DNA from: an uncultured bacterium
GTDB lineage: Bacteria; Bacteroidota; Bacteroidia; NS11-12g; UBA9320
Reading direction: 5' to 3'
Length of the DNA stretch: 35,340 nt
Assembly (NCBI GenBank): GCA_965368435.1
Contig: CBDUMX010000002.1
Span: forward strand, 1 to 35,340
Made by a program: the position numbers and the translations under genes. Below the pieces are notes generated by a model that was not told the DNA's origin, did not search any database, and was given only the letters and a program-made list of their open reading frames with translations. Shown piece by piece: positions 16,097 to 27,300 of the stretch (positions are counted from its first letter, which is position 1; each line of letters begins with the position of its first letter).

Positions 16097-17977
16097 TTAC
16101 TGAATGCTCTGAATTACAATTTTCTGAGAATGAAGAATATTCCCTGAACTTGATTTTATTGATAAGATATAAGACCCTCCTGAAATCCCTGAAGTATTTA
16201 GCAAAAATTCAGTTGCGATAGGCTGAACTAATTGCTGATTTAACTCCTTGACAAGCTTTCCCTGCATATCGTGCAATTGCACATCTACTAGATCTTCCTC
16301 TTCGAAATTGACAGCTAATCGGATTGATGTAGAAGCGGGGTTTGGATAAGTAATGATGCCTTTGACCAAATCTATTTGATGTTTTGCATTTACGCTGGCA
16401 ATCCACACATTATTCCTAGCATTTGAATCGCCGTAAGACCCGCACAACCAAACCACTCCCGGTTCATTATACTTGCGCTGTATATCTGTATAATCCCCCC
16501 AGCGCTCAGCAGTATCAGCAACAAATGTATTAATGAGGTCGTCGCCTTTCTTAACTTGAATTACATCTGAAAACATCCCTCTCAAATTCCCAACGCCATT
16601 GTGAAACACTACACTAGTACCGGCATAATCAGATTCTCCTACATGTGAAAATGTTATGAGCATGGAGTTCAGGTCAGCATTACCCAATCCAGTATAACTT
16701 ATAGAAGGATATGCGTAGTCTAAATCCACTGAACTTATCAATTCAGAATGAACATTGATATTTCCTTTAACATCTGAGATCAAAGTGTGATAGATCCCTG
16801 AGCTTAAATATTCAGGCACCAGTGATGACTGAACGCAGTGAATGTCGCCATCAAATAGAGTCGCCGATAACACTCTAGCATCATTTGTAGCCAATCGAAA
16901 CCCTATCTCAGGTTGAAAAGCAGTGGGTGGTACACCGTAATTCAAATCGCTTTTTATCACTTGGAAAGAATGCGTAGCTTCACCTGATTTTGCAGTATTG
17001 TCAATATAATGCAGAAATAAGGTGTCGTTACTAGCATCTCCTGGACGAACACTCAGAAAGTACATATCTGTTTGATTGAAATCTTGAGCAGGCTGAACGG
17101 GACAAATACTCCAAAGGGACTTATCATTAAACTTAATATCGTAAAATAAATTCTGAGTTAGACTGCCTCCTTGGTATCCGTCAGTTTTGTCTATTTGCCA
17201 GATAAAAGACTGAATAAAACCTTCTTGCCAAGATTCTCCATCATTGAGCAAATTCACGGTTATATACAAATCATCTCTATTATGGGCTATTATTGGATAA
17301 TCACTCCAGGTTGTGCCACCCAAAGGCGTGCCGTTTATTTGGTAGAAATTCCAATTTCCAGTTGGATCTTTAGTTTGCGAGAATCCAACTATGATTCTAG
17401 AATCATCGCTATCACTACCTTCTAGAAAAACGAGTATAAATTTATCGGCGATAGGGTCATATAGTACTTTAGGGTCATAATAGCGATCTAAAAAACCAAG
17501 TTGACCTGCAGTTAGGGCTGCTAAAGTGGTAAACTTTAATCGCTGCCCATCTGAATCTAGAATAGTCACGGTAGTATTAATCGCACTAATGATTATTCCA
17601 TCATTGCTAATAGCCATGGTGTTATCATTGGGTACGCCTGCAGTTCCTAATGGTTTGCCATTAAAACTCTTGTCAATTTGAGGATTAATGTCGGAACTTG
17701 ACGTCGTATATGTTTTATTCTTGTATTGCTTTTTTCTGCTTCGACGGGCATCTAATTCTGCTTTCACATTTGCAGCCGTAGTGCGCACTTCAGGAGCAAC
17801 AAACTGATGTTTGACTGCGCTGATTTGCAGTTTTTCAGCTGCTTCTGAAAAATTAACTGTCCATGATTTATCATTTTTGACGTTTCTCAGCACTTTACTA
17901 CTGCTTTGCGCTTGTACTGAAGAGCTAGCACAAATGAATAATGCTAAAAGAATAAAATGAAACCTACTACCTACCAT
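16097..17977 (-). CDS. secreted protein of unknown function with T9SS type A C-terminal sorting domain
   Basis: Signal peptide MVGSRFHFILLALFICASSSVQAQ. C-terminus IITYPNPASTSIRLAV...YILSIKSSSGNILHSQKIVIQ. The track start (17986) is a TTG; the first ATG is 17977. Confidence 0.8.
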   Translation of the reverse strand: MVGSRFHFILLALFICASSSVQAQSSSKVLRNVKNDKSWTVNFSEAAEKLQISAVKHQFVAPEVRTTAANVKAELDARRSRKKQYKNKTYTTSSSDINPQIDKSFNGKPLGTAGVPNDNTMAISNDGIIISAINTTVTILDSDGQRLKFTTLAALTAGQLGFLDRYYDPKVLYDPIADKFILVFLEGSDSDDSRIIVGFSQTKDPTGNWNFYQINGTPLGGTTWSDYPIIAHNRDDLYITVNLLNDGESWQEGFIQSFIWQIDKTDGYQGGSLTQNLFYDIKFNDKSLWSICPVQPAQDFNQTDMYFLSVRPGDASNDTLFLHYIDNTAKSGEATHSFQVIKSDLNYGVPPTAFQPEIGFRLATNDARVLSATLFDGDIHCVQSSLVPEYLSSGIYHTLISDVKGNINVHSELISSVDLDYAYPSISYTGLGNADLNSMLITFSHVGESDYAGTSVVFHNGVGNLRGMFSDVIQVKKGDDLINTFVADTAERWGDYTDIQRKYNEPGVVWLCGSYGDSNARNNVWIASVNAKHQIDLVKGIITYPNPASTSIRLAVNFEEEDLVDVQLHDMQGKLVKELNQQLVQPIATEFLLNTSGISGGSYILSIKSSSGNILHSQKIVIQSIQ

Positions 17978-18008
17978 TGAGTTCAAATATAATTGATGAG
18001 TGGATTAT

Positions 18009-18782
18009 TTATGGTCTTACGTTCTTCATATTCTCTTTTGTAAAAAAATTTACTGATAGCTTTTGTTTAAAGTCTAAGCTTTCATAAGTCAATGTGGTTT
18101 TATATCCTTTTTTGTCGGCCGGAGTCATCACATACTTAGACACTACCAGCTTTCCACCTAAGACTTTTAAATTGCTGCCTACTATGGTGTGAACTAAGTC
18201 TAAATCTTCATCATAAAATTTCATCTGCATTTGATTATAACTAGTCTTATCCACCCAAAGTAGCACTTTGCCCCACAATACATCCGCATCTGGTTTAGGG
18301 AGCAACTCAATTTTATATGATGATCTACCGCTTATACTTTCCTCAGATACTAATTTTGGAATGTAATCTGCGCTGAACTGACTGCCTTTAATAAGATCAT
18401 CAGTAGTCATATCTGTACCCATCCAATTCTGACTCAAAAGATTCATTGGCATTTTAATCACCTTCTTAACTTTAGGCAGATAGTTGTAGACGTCATCTTT
18501 TGTCTTTAAAAAGACCGTGCCTTTATCGCGCTCAGGAGCGATTATGTACGCCATTGCATAGTCAGTGCCTTTGGCCCAAGTTTTCAATTCAATTTTTTTA
18601 TTCCAAGAAGGTCTAATGATATCAACTGATAATTCTGCAATAACATCTCCAATTTCGTGAATGGATTCAGATTTCTGCACTATTTCCAAGGCAGACAAAG
18701 ATTGAGAACTTAGCAATCTTGCATTGATATTTAAAAACAGAAAGCCAAAAAGGGCAAAAATCAATTTAATTTTTACTGTCAT
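18009..18782 (-). CDS. LolA-like outer-membrane lipoprotein-sorting family protein
   Basis: 257 aa with a signal peptide. The pattern NWMGTDMTTDDLIKGS, plus size and beta-rich composition, resembles the LolA-like family. The start overlaps the upstream M48 gene by 17 nt. Confidence 0.6.
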   Translation of the reverse strand: MTVKIKLIFALFGFLFLNINARLLSSQSLSALEIVQKSESIHEIGDVIAELSVDIIRPSWNKKIELKTWAKGTDYAMAYIIAPERDKGTVFLKTKDDVYNYLPKVKKVIKMPMNLLSQNWMGTDMTTDDLIKGSQFSADYIPKLVSEESISGRSSYKIELLPKPDADVLWGKVLLWVDKTSYNQMQMKFYDEDLDLVHTIVGSNLKVLGGKLVVSKYVMTPADKKGYKTTLTYESLDFKQKLSVNFFTKENMKNVRP

Positions 18783-19593
18783 TGTAATATTCTAATGCCT
18801 TAGGCATCAGTTTTTGTAAGTTCTCTTTGCGTTTGTCGGGATCTGGATGAGTACTCAGAAACTCTGGAGGTCTGGTCCCTCCAAGTTGATTCATTCTATC
18901 CCAAAATAAAGGTGCTTCTTCTGGATTATATCCGGCCATAGCCATAAACATAAGTCCCATTTCATCCGCTTCCGTTTCGTGCTTTCTACTGAAAGGAAGC
19001 ATAACTCCAACATTAGCACCCACGCCATAAGCCAATTGAACTAAGGCTCTAGTCTCTTCTGATCTTGTACTTGCTGCCACATCTAATGCTACCCCACCCA
19101 TTTGAAGTGCTAAGCCCTGACTAACTCTTTCGTTTCCGTGTTGTGCTATGGCATGTGCAATTTCGTGACCCATTACTACTGCCACTCCAGTTTCCGTTTT
19201 GCAAATTGGCATTATGGCCGTATAAAAGGCAACTTTACCTCCACTCATGCACCAGGCATTTACTATTGAATCTTCAATGAGATTGAATTCCCAATTGAAC
19301 CCTTCAATTCTCTTCTCATACTTCGTTCCTTTCAAATACTCTTCAACAGATTTGGAGATCTTATCACCCACGGTTTTAACTCTAATTGCATCCGGAGAAT
19401 TATGAAGAACTTTTGCGGTGTCAAGAATGTGTTGATATGAAGTAAGGCTCATTTCCATTAGTGTGCTTTCCGGCAACATTTTAAATTGCCTTCTACCTGT
19501 AATTGGGATTTTGGCACAAGAGATTGCAATGCTAAGTATCAATCCTAAAGCAATCCAATGTGTGAATTTTAATTTCATTTTCATATCTCTCAT
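18766..19593 (-). CDS. M48-family zinc metallopeptidase lipoprotein (LoiP/YggG-like)
   Basis: HExxH in VVMGHEIAHAIAQH, downstream HETEADEMG, lipobox LSIAISC. The ORF opens at GTG 19602. In-frame ATGs lie at 19593, 19584 and 19578, so the exact start is uncertain. Confidence 0.8.
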   Translation of the reverse strand: MRDMKMKLKFTHWIALGLILSIAISCAKIPITGRRQFKMLPESTLMEMSLTSYQHILDTAKVLHNSPDAIRVKTVGDKISKSVEEYLKGTKYEKRIEGFNWEFNLIEDSIVNAWCMSGGKVAFYTAIMPICKTETGVAVVMGHEIAHAIAQHGNERVSQGLALQMGGVALDVAASTRSEETRALVQLAYGVGANVGVMLPFSRKHETEADEMGLMFMAMAGYNPEEAPLFWDRMNQLGGTRPPEFLSTHPDPDKRKENLQKLMPKALEYYNDSKN

Positions 19594-19670
19594 TTGGGTC
19601 ACACAAAATAAAACAAATTGTGTGCTAAAAATGGTTTTAAAGGGCCTTTATCTCTAATTTCGCCAGACGT

Positions 19671-21032
19671 ATGACACATGAAGAATATATAGAAAACAAT
19701 AAAGATAGATTTTTGTCTGAATTATTTGACTTATTGAGAATTCCAAGCATTAGCGCGGATTCAGCCTATAAAGCGGATGTAAGAAAAACTGCGGAATTTG
19801 TTGCTTCTAAACTCAAAGAAGCTGGAGCAGATAATGTTACTTTAGAAGAGACCGCAGGCAATCCTATAGTATATGGAGAAAAAATTATTGATAGTAGCAA
19901 ACCGACTATTTTAGTATACGGGCATTACGACGTTCAACCTTCTGTTCCAGATGAACTTTGGAATACACCTCCTTTTGAACCTACAGTTAAAGATGGCAAT
20001 ATTTATGCTCGAGGTGCTTGCGACGACAAAGGGCAATTCTATATGCATCTCAAAGCATTTGAGAGTATGATGCAAACCAACACTCTAGCATGTAATGTGA
20101 AATTCATGATAGAAGGTGAAGAAGAAGTTGGATCAACCAATTTAGGCCCTTATGTAAAATCAAATAAGGAAAAACTTGCCGCAGATGTCGTCCTGATTTC
20201 TGATACCGGCATGATAGCAAATGACATCCCTTCTATCGACACTGGACTGAGAGGTTTGAGCTATGTTGAAGTTGAAGTTACTGGACCAAAAATAGATCTA
20301 CACTCAGGAACATATGGCGGCGCAGTAGCCAACCCAATAAATGTTCTCTGTGATATGATTTCTAGTCTTCATGATGAGAACAGACATATCACTATTCCCG
20401 GTTTCTATGATGCGGTACAAGAGGTAAGTGCGGCAGATAGAGAAGCCATGGCGAAAACTCCTTTTAGCCTTGAAGAATACAAAAAGGAACTCGATATCGA
20501 TGATGTGATGGGCGAGAAAGGGTTTAGCACTATTGAGCGAACAGGTATTAGACCAACTTTAGATGTAAATGGTATCTGGGGAGGTTATATTGGTGAAGGC
20601 GCAAAAACTGTTCTACCTAGTAAAGCCTATGCAAAAATCTCGATGCGTCTTGTGCCCAATCAAAAGTCGGCCGACATTACCAAACTTTTTAAAGATCATT
20701 TTGAATCTATAGCCCCAAAAGCTGTAAAAGTAAAAGTAACACCGCACCACGGTGGTGAAGCTGCAATAACTCCAACAGACAGCAAGGCCTATAGAGCAGC
20801 GGCTAAAGCAATGGAGAAGACTTTTGGCAAACAACCTATACCTACAAGAGGTGGTGGAAGTATTCCCATAGTTGCACTTTTTGAAGAGGCACTTGGACTA
20901 AAAACCGTATTATTTGGATTTGGCCTTGACAGCGATGCAATTCACTCTCCAAATGAAAAATACGGATTGTTTAATTTCTATAAAGGAATTGAGACCATTC
21001 CTTACTTTTTTAAATACTTTGCCCAAGACTAA
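19671..21032 (+). CDS. M20-family dipeptidase/metallohydrolase
   Basis: 453 aa. Metal-ligand motifs VYGHYDVQP, RGACDDKGQ and IEGEEEVGS. No signal peptide. Confidence 0.85.
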   Translation: MTHEEYIENNKDRFLSELFDLLRIPSISADSAYKADVRKTAEFVASKLKEAGADNVTLEETAGNPIVYGEKIIDSSKPTILVYGHYDVQPSVPDELWNTPPFEPTVKDGNIYARGACDDKGQFYMHLKAFESMMQTNTLACNVKFMIEGEEEVGSTNLGPYVKSNKEKLAADVVLISDTGMIANDIPSIDTGLRGLSYVEVEVTGPKIDLHSGTYGGAVANPINVLCDMISSLHDENRHITIPGFYDAVQEVSAADREAMAKTPFSLEEYKKELDIDDVMGEKGFSTIERTGIRPTLDVNGIWGGYIGEGAKTVLPSKAYAKISMRLVPNQKSADITKLFKDHFESIAPKAVKVKVTPHHGGEAAITPTDSKAYRAAAKAMEKTFGKQPIPTRGGGSIPIVALFEEALGLKTVLFGFGLDSDAIHSPNEKYGLFNFYKGIETIPYFFKYFAQD

Positions 21033-21068
21033 TGGATATGCGCTGACATAATTGTCACCTAGCTTTGC

Positions 21069-21076
21069 TACTTTTG
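21069..21076 (+). promoter_or_regulatory. Bacteroidota-type -7 box (TAnnTTTG)
   Basis: TACTTTTG is a perfect match, with 4 nt (ACGG) before ATG 21081. Confidence 0.5.
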
Positions 21077-21080
21077 ACGG

Positions 21081-24000
21081 ATGATCGTATTGCGAAAGCT
21101 ATTTTTTACTAGCATCATCCTATCGGCTGCGCTTAGCAGCATTGCTCAAACTTCCTATAAAGATATGATGGTCGACCCATCATACAATTTTTATGAGGTA
21201 GTAAATGCTGCGGAGAGCTATTTCGAAACCCATGACAAGGGAAAAGGTTCTGGATATATAGGTTATTTGAGATGGAAGCATTTCAATGAACCTAAATACT
21301 ACCCTAGTGGTAACCGCCTGAGCGCGAATGAATTCATAGCCATAGAAGCATTCGAAAAATTTTTACCTACTTACACTTATCTCAGTAAAACAAGCTTTCC
21401 CAATGGATGGAGTGATTTAGGGCCTTATGACGCTGACAATATCACCTCTCATTATTCCGCTGGTATAGGCAGGGTTGAAACCTTCTATGTTGACCCCCTT
21501 GATAGCAATAAGATCTACTTAGGTTCTAGAAGTGGTGGATTTTGGAGAACAAGTGATGAAGGACAAAACTGGCTAAATACAACAGATTATCTACTTGCTT
21601 CTGGTGTCAATACTATTGCAGTTTCACCTAGCAATATTGACTCTGTACTTATCAATGTTCAAAATGCAAACAATGGCATTACTCATGGTATATACAGGTC
21701 AACAAACGGAGGTTTTGATTGGGCAATCACAGATTTTAACGCTGACAACTTAGGCAAAGGTGGTCTTAGCGGTACATACTTCAGAATTTACAAAATAGCC
21801 TATCACCCTCTAGACGCTAATACAGTATTTATATGCACAAGTAGTGGGATTTATAAATCTGACCCTTCATTAACTAGCTGGACCGTGGTGTCGGGAGGTG
21901 TCATTACAGACATTGAATTTCATCCTTCAAATCCCGATATAATTTATTGTTTTAACAACAACTCAAAATCAAGAATTCTTAGATCAATAAATGGAGGAAA
22001 CAACTTTAATTATTCTAGCACTCTCAGTGGGAATAATGCTACAAGCTACATCAGTGTAAGTCCTTCAAATGCCAATCTTGTCTATGTTGCTTCTACAGAT
22101 GGAATATGGAAATCAACCGATCAAGGTATAAATTTTACATTTATCTCTAATCCAAATGAAAGTTGCAGAGGATTTGCTGTATCAGACTTGGATAGCAACC
22201 TAATGCTTTATGGTTATGTAGACACAGAGGCTAGTAAAGACGAAGGCAAAAATTTCACCCAAGTTACCCAATGGTCTGCACCAAAAAGCAACTCCTATGT
22301 TCACGCAGATATCAGAACACTAGAGTGTTTAAATGGTCGGTTTTATATAGGCACCGATGGTTATTTCTGTAAGAGTAATGATGTGGGAACAACTTGGACC
22401 AAGCTCAATAATGGCACTGGAATTCGCGAGAACTACAGACTAGGTGTTTGTCAAGGTAACGCGTATAGAGCAATGTGTGGTTCTCAAGATAATGGAACAT
22501 CCATTATTACCGAAAATGGCTGGATAGAATGGAATGGAGGCGATGGTATGGAAGCGATAATACATCCTCTGAACGACGATTGGATGATTGGCAGTTGGCA
22601 ATACGGCCAGAGAAGCGTTACTAAAGATGGCGGCCAATCTCGTAAGGGCCTCGGTAATCCTCAATATGGTTCAGGCTTTGCTGATTGGATAGCACCAATG
22701 TTAATGGATCCATTTGAACATATGAGTATATATCATTTCGGATCGAATATTTACAAATCTGACAGTTTCGGAGAAGACTTTATTATTTATGGACTGCCAA
22801 ATCTCGGTGGCGTAATTGGCAATGCTGCCATTGCCCAAAACAATCCCGACATAATGATTGTAAGTAGGAGAAATACTATAAAAATAAGCACAGATGCGGG
22901 CGGTTCGTTTACGGACATTACGAATACTTTAACCAATCAGTATGTAAGCAGTTTAAACTTCGACCCAAATAACGACAATACAATCATTGCAACTTATGCT
23001 AGTTACTATAATGATAATAGTAAGGTCTTTATTAGCTACAATCAAGGTCAAAGCTGGCAAAACATCACATACAATCTAGGCAATATGCCAGTGCACCACG
23101 CAGTTATTGACAAAACAGATTCAAGCTACATCTACTTGGGCACAGAGATAGGAGTTTACTATAAATCATTGTCAAGCACCAATTGGACACTATACAGCAC
23201 CAATTTGCCAAATGTAAGCGTCAGAGAAATTGAAATTCACAAAGGCTCAAACCGCCTTAAAGCTGTGACTTGGGGACGTGGATTATGGGAATATGAAACG
23301 TTGGGAAGAGAGGATTACCCCTCAATTCTTACCACCTCAATTACTGATCCTCCTACTAAATCATCTCCAGCTGAAGGAGTTGAGCAATTCGTAAAATCAA
23401 CCATTTCATACAAAGGCACACTAGCCAATGCTTTTATCAGATATTCAGTAGACAATATTTCATTAGATCAAACATTATCTATGAGCTTACTTTCTGATAG
23501 TACGTGGATTTCTGATAATAGTTTACCTTTAGCAGAAGTCAATTCTAATATATACTTTAAAGTATATGCTGTAGGCGAAAATGGAGATACCTCCGAGACC
23601 TTTAGATTCATGTATAAAGTGAAAGAATTTGAATATTGCTCGGCGATAGGCGACTTTAGCACTGGCGCAGATTACATTGATTATGTTGAACTTAATGATT
23701 ATAAGAAATCAAGTGAGCAGGAATACTATGCTGACTTTAGCTCAGAAGTAATTACACTAAAAAAGGATTCAAGCTATACTTTAATTATCGGCCTTAATTT
23801 TCATTGGGACCCCGACACCACGGCAGCTTGGATAGATTTTAATAATAATGGAGTTTTTGATGAGTCTGAGTGGATTGAAATGGGTCCCCTAGATAATTTG
23901 CATTTAAGCAGTGGAGAATTCACTGTTCCGTCTGATGCTAGAATTGGTGACACTCTAAGAATGCGAGTTAGGAATCAATACTGGGACAATAGTCCAAACC

Positions 24001-24323
24001 CATGTGGTACCGAATCAGGAGAAGTTGAAGATTTTTCAGTTGTGATTGTTGACGCAAGTGTTGGATATCAAAAGCATGAGATAGAAGAACAGTTTTATAT
24101 ATATCCTAATCCCTCTGAAGGAATTATTAATGTCGACTTGAAGCAAATGATAGATGCACTAAATGTTAAAGTTTTTAGTGTTTCTGGTCAACTACATTTT
24201 GAACAAGATTTTGCCAGAACAAAGAAGATTTCACTAAATCTAGATTTACCTGCTGGTACATATTTCTTGCAGATTAATACAGCAGAATTAACGGATATTC
24301 AGAAATTAATTCTTATAGATTAA
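21081..24323 (+). CDS. secreted BNR/Asp-box beta-propeller protein with GEVED domain and T9SS type A sorting domain
   Basis: Signal peptide MIVLRKLFFTSIILSAALSSIAQ. About 8 Asp-box-like SxDxGxxW motifs (RTSDEGQNW, RSTNGGFDW, KSTDQGINF, KSNDVGTTW, ISTDAGGSF, SYNQGQSW and others). GEVED motif CGTESGEVEDFSVVIV (about nt 24001-24050). C-terminus FYIYPNPSEGIINVDL...YFLQINT. Confidence 0.85.
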   Translation: MIVLRKLFFTSIILSAALSSIAQTSYKDMMVDPSYNFYEVVNAAESYFETHDKGKGSGYIGYLRWKHFNEPKYYPSGNRLSANEFIAIEAFEKFLPTYTYLSKTSFPNGWSDLGPYDADNITSHYSAGIGRVETFYVDPLDSNKIYLGSRSGGFWRTSDEGQNWLNTTDYLLASGVNTIAVSPSNIDSVLINVQNANNGITHGIYRSTNGGFDWAITDFNADNLGKGGLSGTYFRIYKIAYHPLDANTVFICTSSGIYKSDPSLTSWTVVSGGVITDIEFHPSNPDIIYCFNNNSKSRILRSINGGNNFNYSSTLSGNNATSYISVSPSNANLVYVASTDGIWKSTDQGINFTFISNPNESCRGFAVSDLDSNLMLYGYVDTEASKDEGKNFTQVTQWSAPKSNSYVHADIRTLECLNGRFYIGTDGYFCKSNDVGTTWTKLNNGTGIRENYRLGVCQGNAYRAMCGSQDNGTSIITENGWIEWNGGDGMEAIIHPLNDDWMIGSWQYGQRSVTKDGGQSRKGLGNPQYGSGFADWIAPMLMDPFEHMSIYHFGSNIYKSDSFGEDFIIYGLPNLGGVIGNAAIAQNNPDIMIVSRRNTIKISTDAGGSFTDITNTLTNQYVSSLNFDPNNDNTIIATYASYYNDNSKVFISYNQGQSWQNITYNLGNMPVHHAVIDKTDSSYIYLGTEIGVYYKSLSSTNWTLYSTNLPNVSVREIEIHKGSNRLKAVTWGRGLWEYETLGREDYPSILTTSITDPPTKSSPAEGVEQFVKSTISYKGTLANAFIRYSVDNISLDQTLSMSLLSDSTWISDNSLPLAEVNSNIYFKVYAVGENGDTSETFRFMYKVKEFEYCSAIGDFSTGADYIDYVELNDYKKSSEQEYYADFSSEVITLKKDSSYTLIIGLNFHWDPDTTAAWIDFNNNGVFDESEWIEMGPLDNLHLSSGEFTVPSDARIGDTLRMRVRNQYWDNSPNPCGTESGEVEDFSVVIVDASVGYQKHEIEEQFYIYPNPSEGIINVDLKQMIDALNVKVFSVSGQLHFEQDFARTKKISLNLDLPAGTYFLQINTAELTDIQKLILID

Positions 24324-27300
24324 CGCAAGAGGGTAACTGTTCCTTTGTGATAATAAGATCGTCCAGTATTGTCAGTTACTTTTAGCTGATAGAAATAAAC
24401 ACCTTGTTGTGCGGGCTCTGATTTATAGGTTCCATCCCACTCATCATCCCTATTTAAGGTATGAAATACTAGCTGACCCCATCTGTTGTAAATGTCTAAT
24501 TCATAGTCTGTAGGGCGATCTTCCGTTGAGCTTACAGTAAACCTCATTTTAGGTTTAAAGGTTTCATTTATACCGTCTTTGTTTGGACTAAATGCATTAG
24601 GGATAAACACAATTGGACTTCCACCGACATGAATAATATTAGAATAACTAGTGTCGCCGTCAATGTTTATCGCACGAACTTTATACGCGTATAAACCATT
24701 TGCCTCCTCTTGATGCAATGCTTTATCTAAGTATTGAGTTGTATTACCACCTACTGTGGTTACAAGATTATATACACCAAATTCTCTAACAACAATTTCG
24801 TATTTGTCTACTCCATTTAGCCATTGTTCGTAATCAGACCATCTTAGCTGGATACCTCCATTCTCAAAGTTACCCGTTAATACAATTGTTTTGGCATGCC
24901 TGTCACCCATAATAATATTATCGCATTGATCTATTTCACTTATGGTATAGAAATAATTGTTTTCCGCTGTTATCACATTGGCATCATACAAGAAGGTATC
25001 TGTCAACTGAAATACATCAACTTCATTCCCCAATGAATTTTCAAACTTTTTAATCTCATACAGCATAGGGTATTCATATGCACTAGCTCTCCATCTTACT
25101 TCAATATTTTCTTGTTTGTTTACAGTTGCTAGCTGAACAGAAGGATTTAAGGTATTCGGAATATAGAGAGATGTCTGCGTAACAGTATTGCTCTTAGAAT
25201 TGTATGGTCCATTGTCTTGAATAGCTACAACATAATACGAGTAATCATCCTCACAAAGATTGGTATCTATGTATTGCAGTATTGAGCCATCAACAGAGGA
25301 GATTTGACCAAAAGGAGATCCTTGGGTGCTTCTGTATATTTCATAACGAAGCACACTATCCCATCCTACATATGGCGTCCATTCTAAGAGAATTTCTTTG
25401 TGCACTAGGCTACTTGAACTCAGTACTACTGCACAATGAGAACGAGCATTTGTATAGCTGTTCTGACATATATCTCGAACCCCAATGCTGTAACAGTATT
25501 GATTTCCTGAACTGACAATTGCAGGGTCTATTATTGCAGAAGTAGATTGTGAATTTACAGAACTTAAGAAGTTGCCATTCTTCTGAAATTCATATGAGTC
25601 GAAATAAGTATAATTTGAGCTATTGAAAGCTATATCTACCCCACCAGCATTATTAACTGTCACATAATTAATAGCGACATTAGGAAGGCTATCTGGTCCA
25701 ATTACAAAGGCCATACTTGAATCCGAGCGAATACATCCGTTCGCAAATAATACATCCAAAAGAATGCGCTTAGGTCCAGAAGTTTGATAACTAATTTCAG
25801 CAAAAGCATTTGCTGAGCTTTGAATATTATTGGCGTTAGAAACTTCACCCATATCCCAAGTATAGTTTGCACTCATTGGCGTACCACTGGCTATAACTTC
25901 TTTTCTAAACAATGCATTATAGCAAGCCAAATACGAAGTATCAAAAGTCAGTTGGGGAATATCTTTAATAAATATCTCTTGTCCGATGCTGTCAACACAA
26001 CCATAGTCATTCCTGCTTACCAGTTTTAGCTGATGATACCCAATGGCATTCATTAATGTTGAATCACTGGTATTGGAACTTATAAAGACATCATCTAAAT
26101 ACCATTTAACACTATCTGTAAATCCACTAGCACTGTTATACTTAAGTTCACTTCCTAGGCATAATGCAGTATCTGGCATTACATTTAACATCGGAAGAGG
26201 TTTGCTGTAAACCTTAACAATACTGTCCAAGCGCAATGAAGCCATGCAGCCATTTACCGATTCTCCATAGAGGGTTGGGCTATAGTACTGCACGCTGTCG
26301 CCATTTTGTACTACATATTGATGATACCAATTTACACCAGTATCTAGTGGCGTTCCGTCGCCATAATCTATGAATAATAAATCAGCGCCATTTGAATTGT
26401 CGATAAAAGACACCAAGAGTTGTTCACAACCAACTGCATTAGCTACACTGACATCCAGTTTAGGGCCATTGATAACAACCGCATTGGTTTTAGTAATTGT
26501 ATCTGAACAACCGGAATTATTCATTGCTATTAATGTAACATTAAAACTATCGTTTGTTGTGTACGTGTGACTAACGAATGAAGTGTCATTTAACAATGTA
26601 TTCCCATCTCCAAAAATCCAGAGCAGAGAATCTGCATTTGTTGAGCGATTATAAAACTCTGTAAGTTGAGGAGCACATTCTAATAAACTATCTCTAACCG
26701 CAAAATCTGCAGCAAACGGAACTATAGAGTATTGATGGCTAAATGTATCAGCACATTGATTGTCTTTACTAGCTATTAGCGTCACTTCGTAAGTTCCAAC
26801 ACTGTCAAACGCAATAGAATAATTATCAAAATCCAATGAATCAATGCTGTGATGTCCAGGCGGGTTCACTATCCACTGTAGATTAGTTGGAAAACCTTCG
26901 GATCTGTTCCAAAGCGTAAAATGCTGATTTAAGCAGTACGAACTGTTGGGTGGACCAAACTTGGCCAAAACACCTACTCTTATGTTTGCACCTTTCTCAT
27001 CATAGAAACCGCAGCCAACAGAATTTGTTGTAAATACAGAAATTTTGTAGAGATCTTCATCGTACAAAGTAAATTTTGGATTGGCCGAGGTTGTTGCTTC
27101 TGAAACAACAGTTGCATTAGGCTGAATACTCCAATTCAATTGCAAGGCCTGTGAAGTATCACCCTGGTGTATATTAATTAATTCTTCGAAATAGGGTTGA
27201 ATGGTCAGCGGTGCACAACCAGAATTAGTATCTATGATTACATTTCCAACTGCTCCATTTGCATATACAGTTTTCTCCATTGAATCTAAACATACATTCA

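Noticed and set aside
21044-21057. Hairpin TGACA-TAAT-TGTCA after the M20 dipeptidase gene as a terminator
   Set aside because: A five-bp stem with no U-tract. It is too weak to call.
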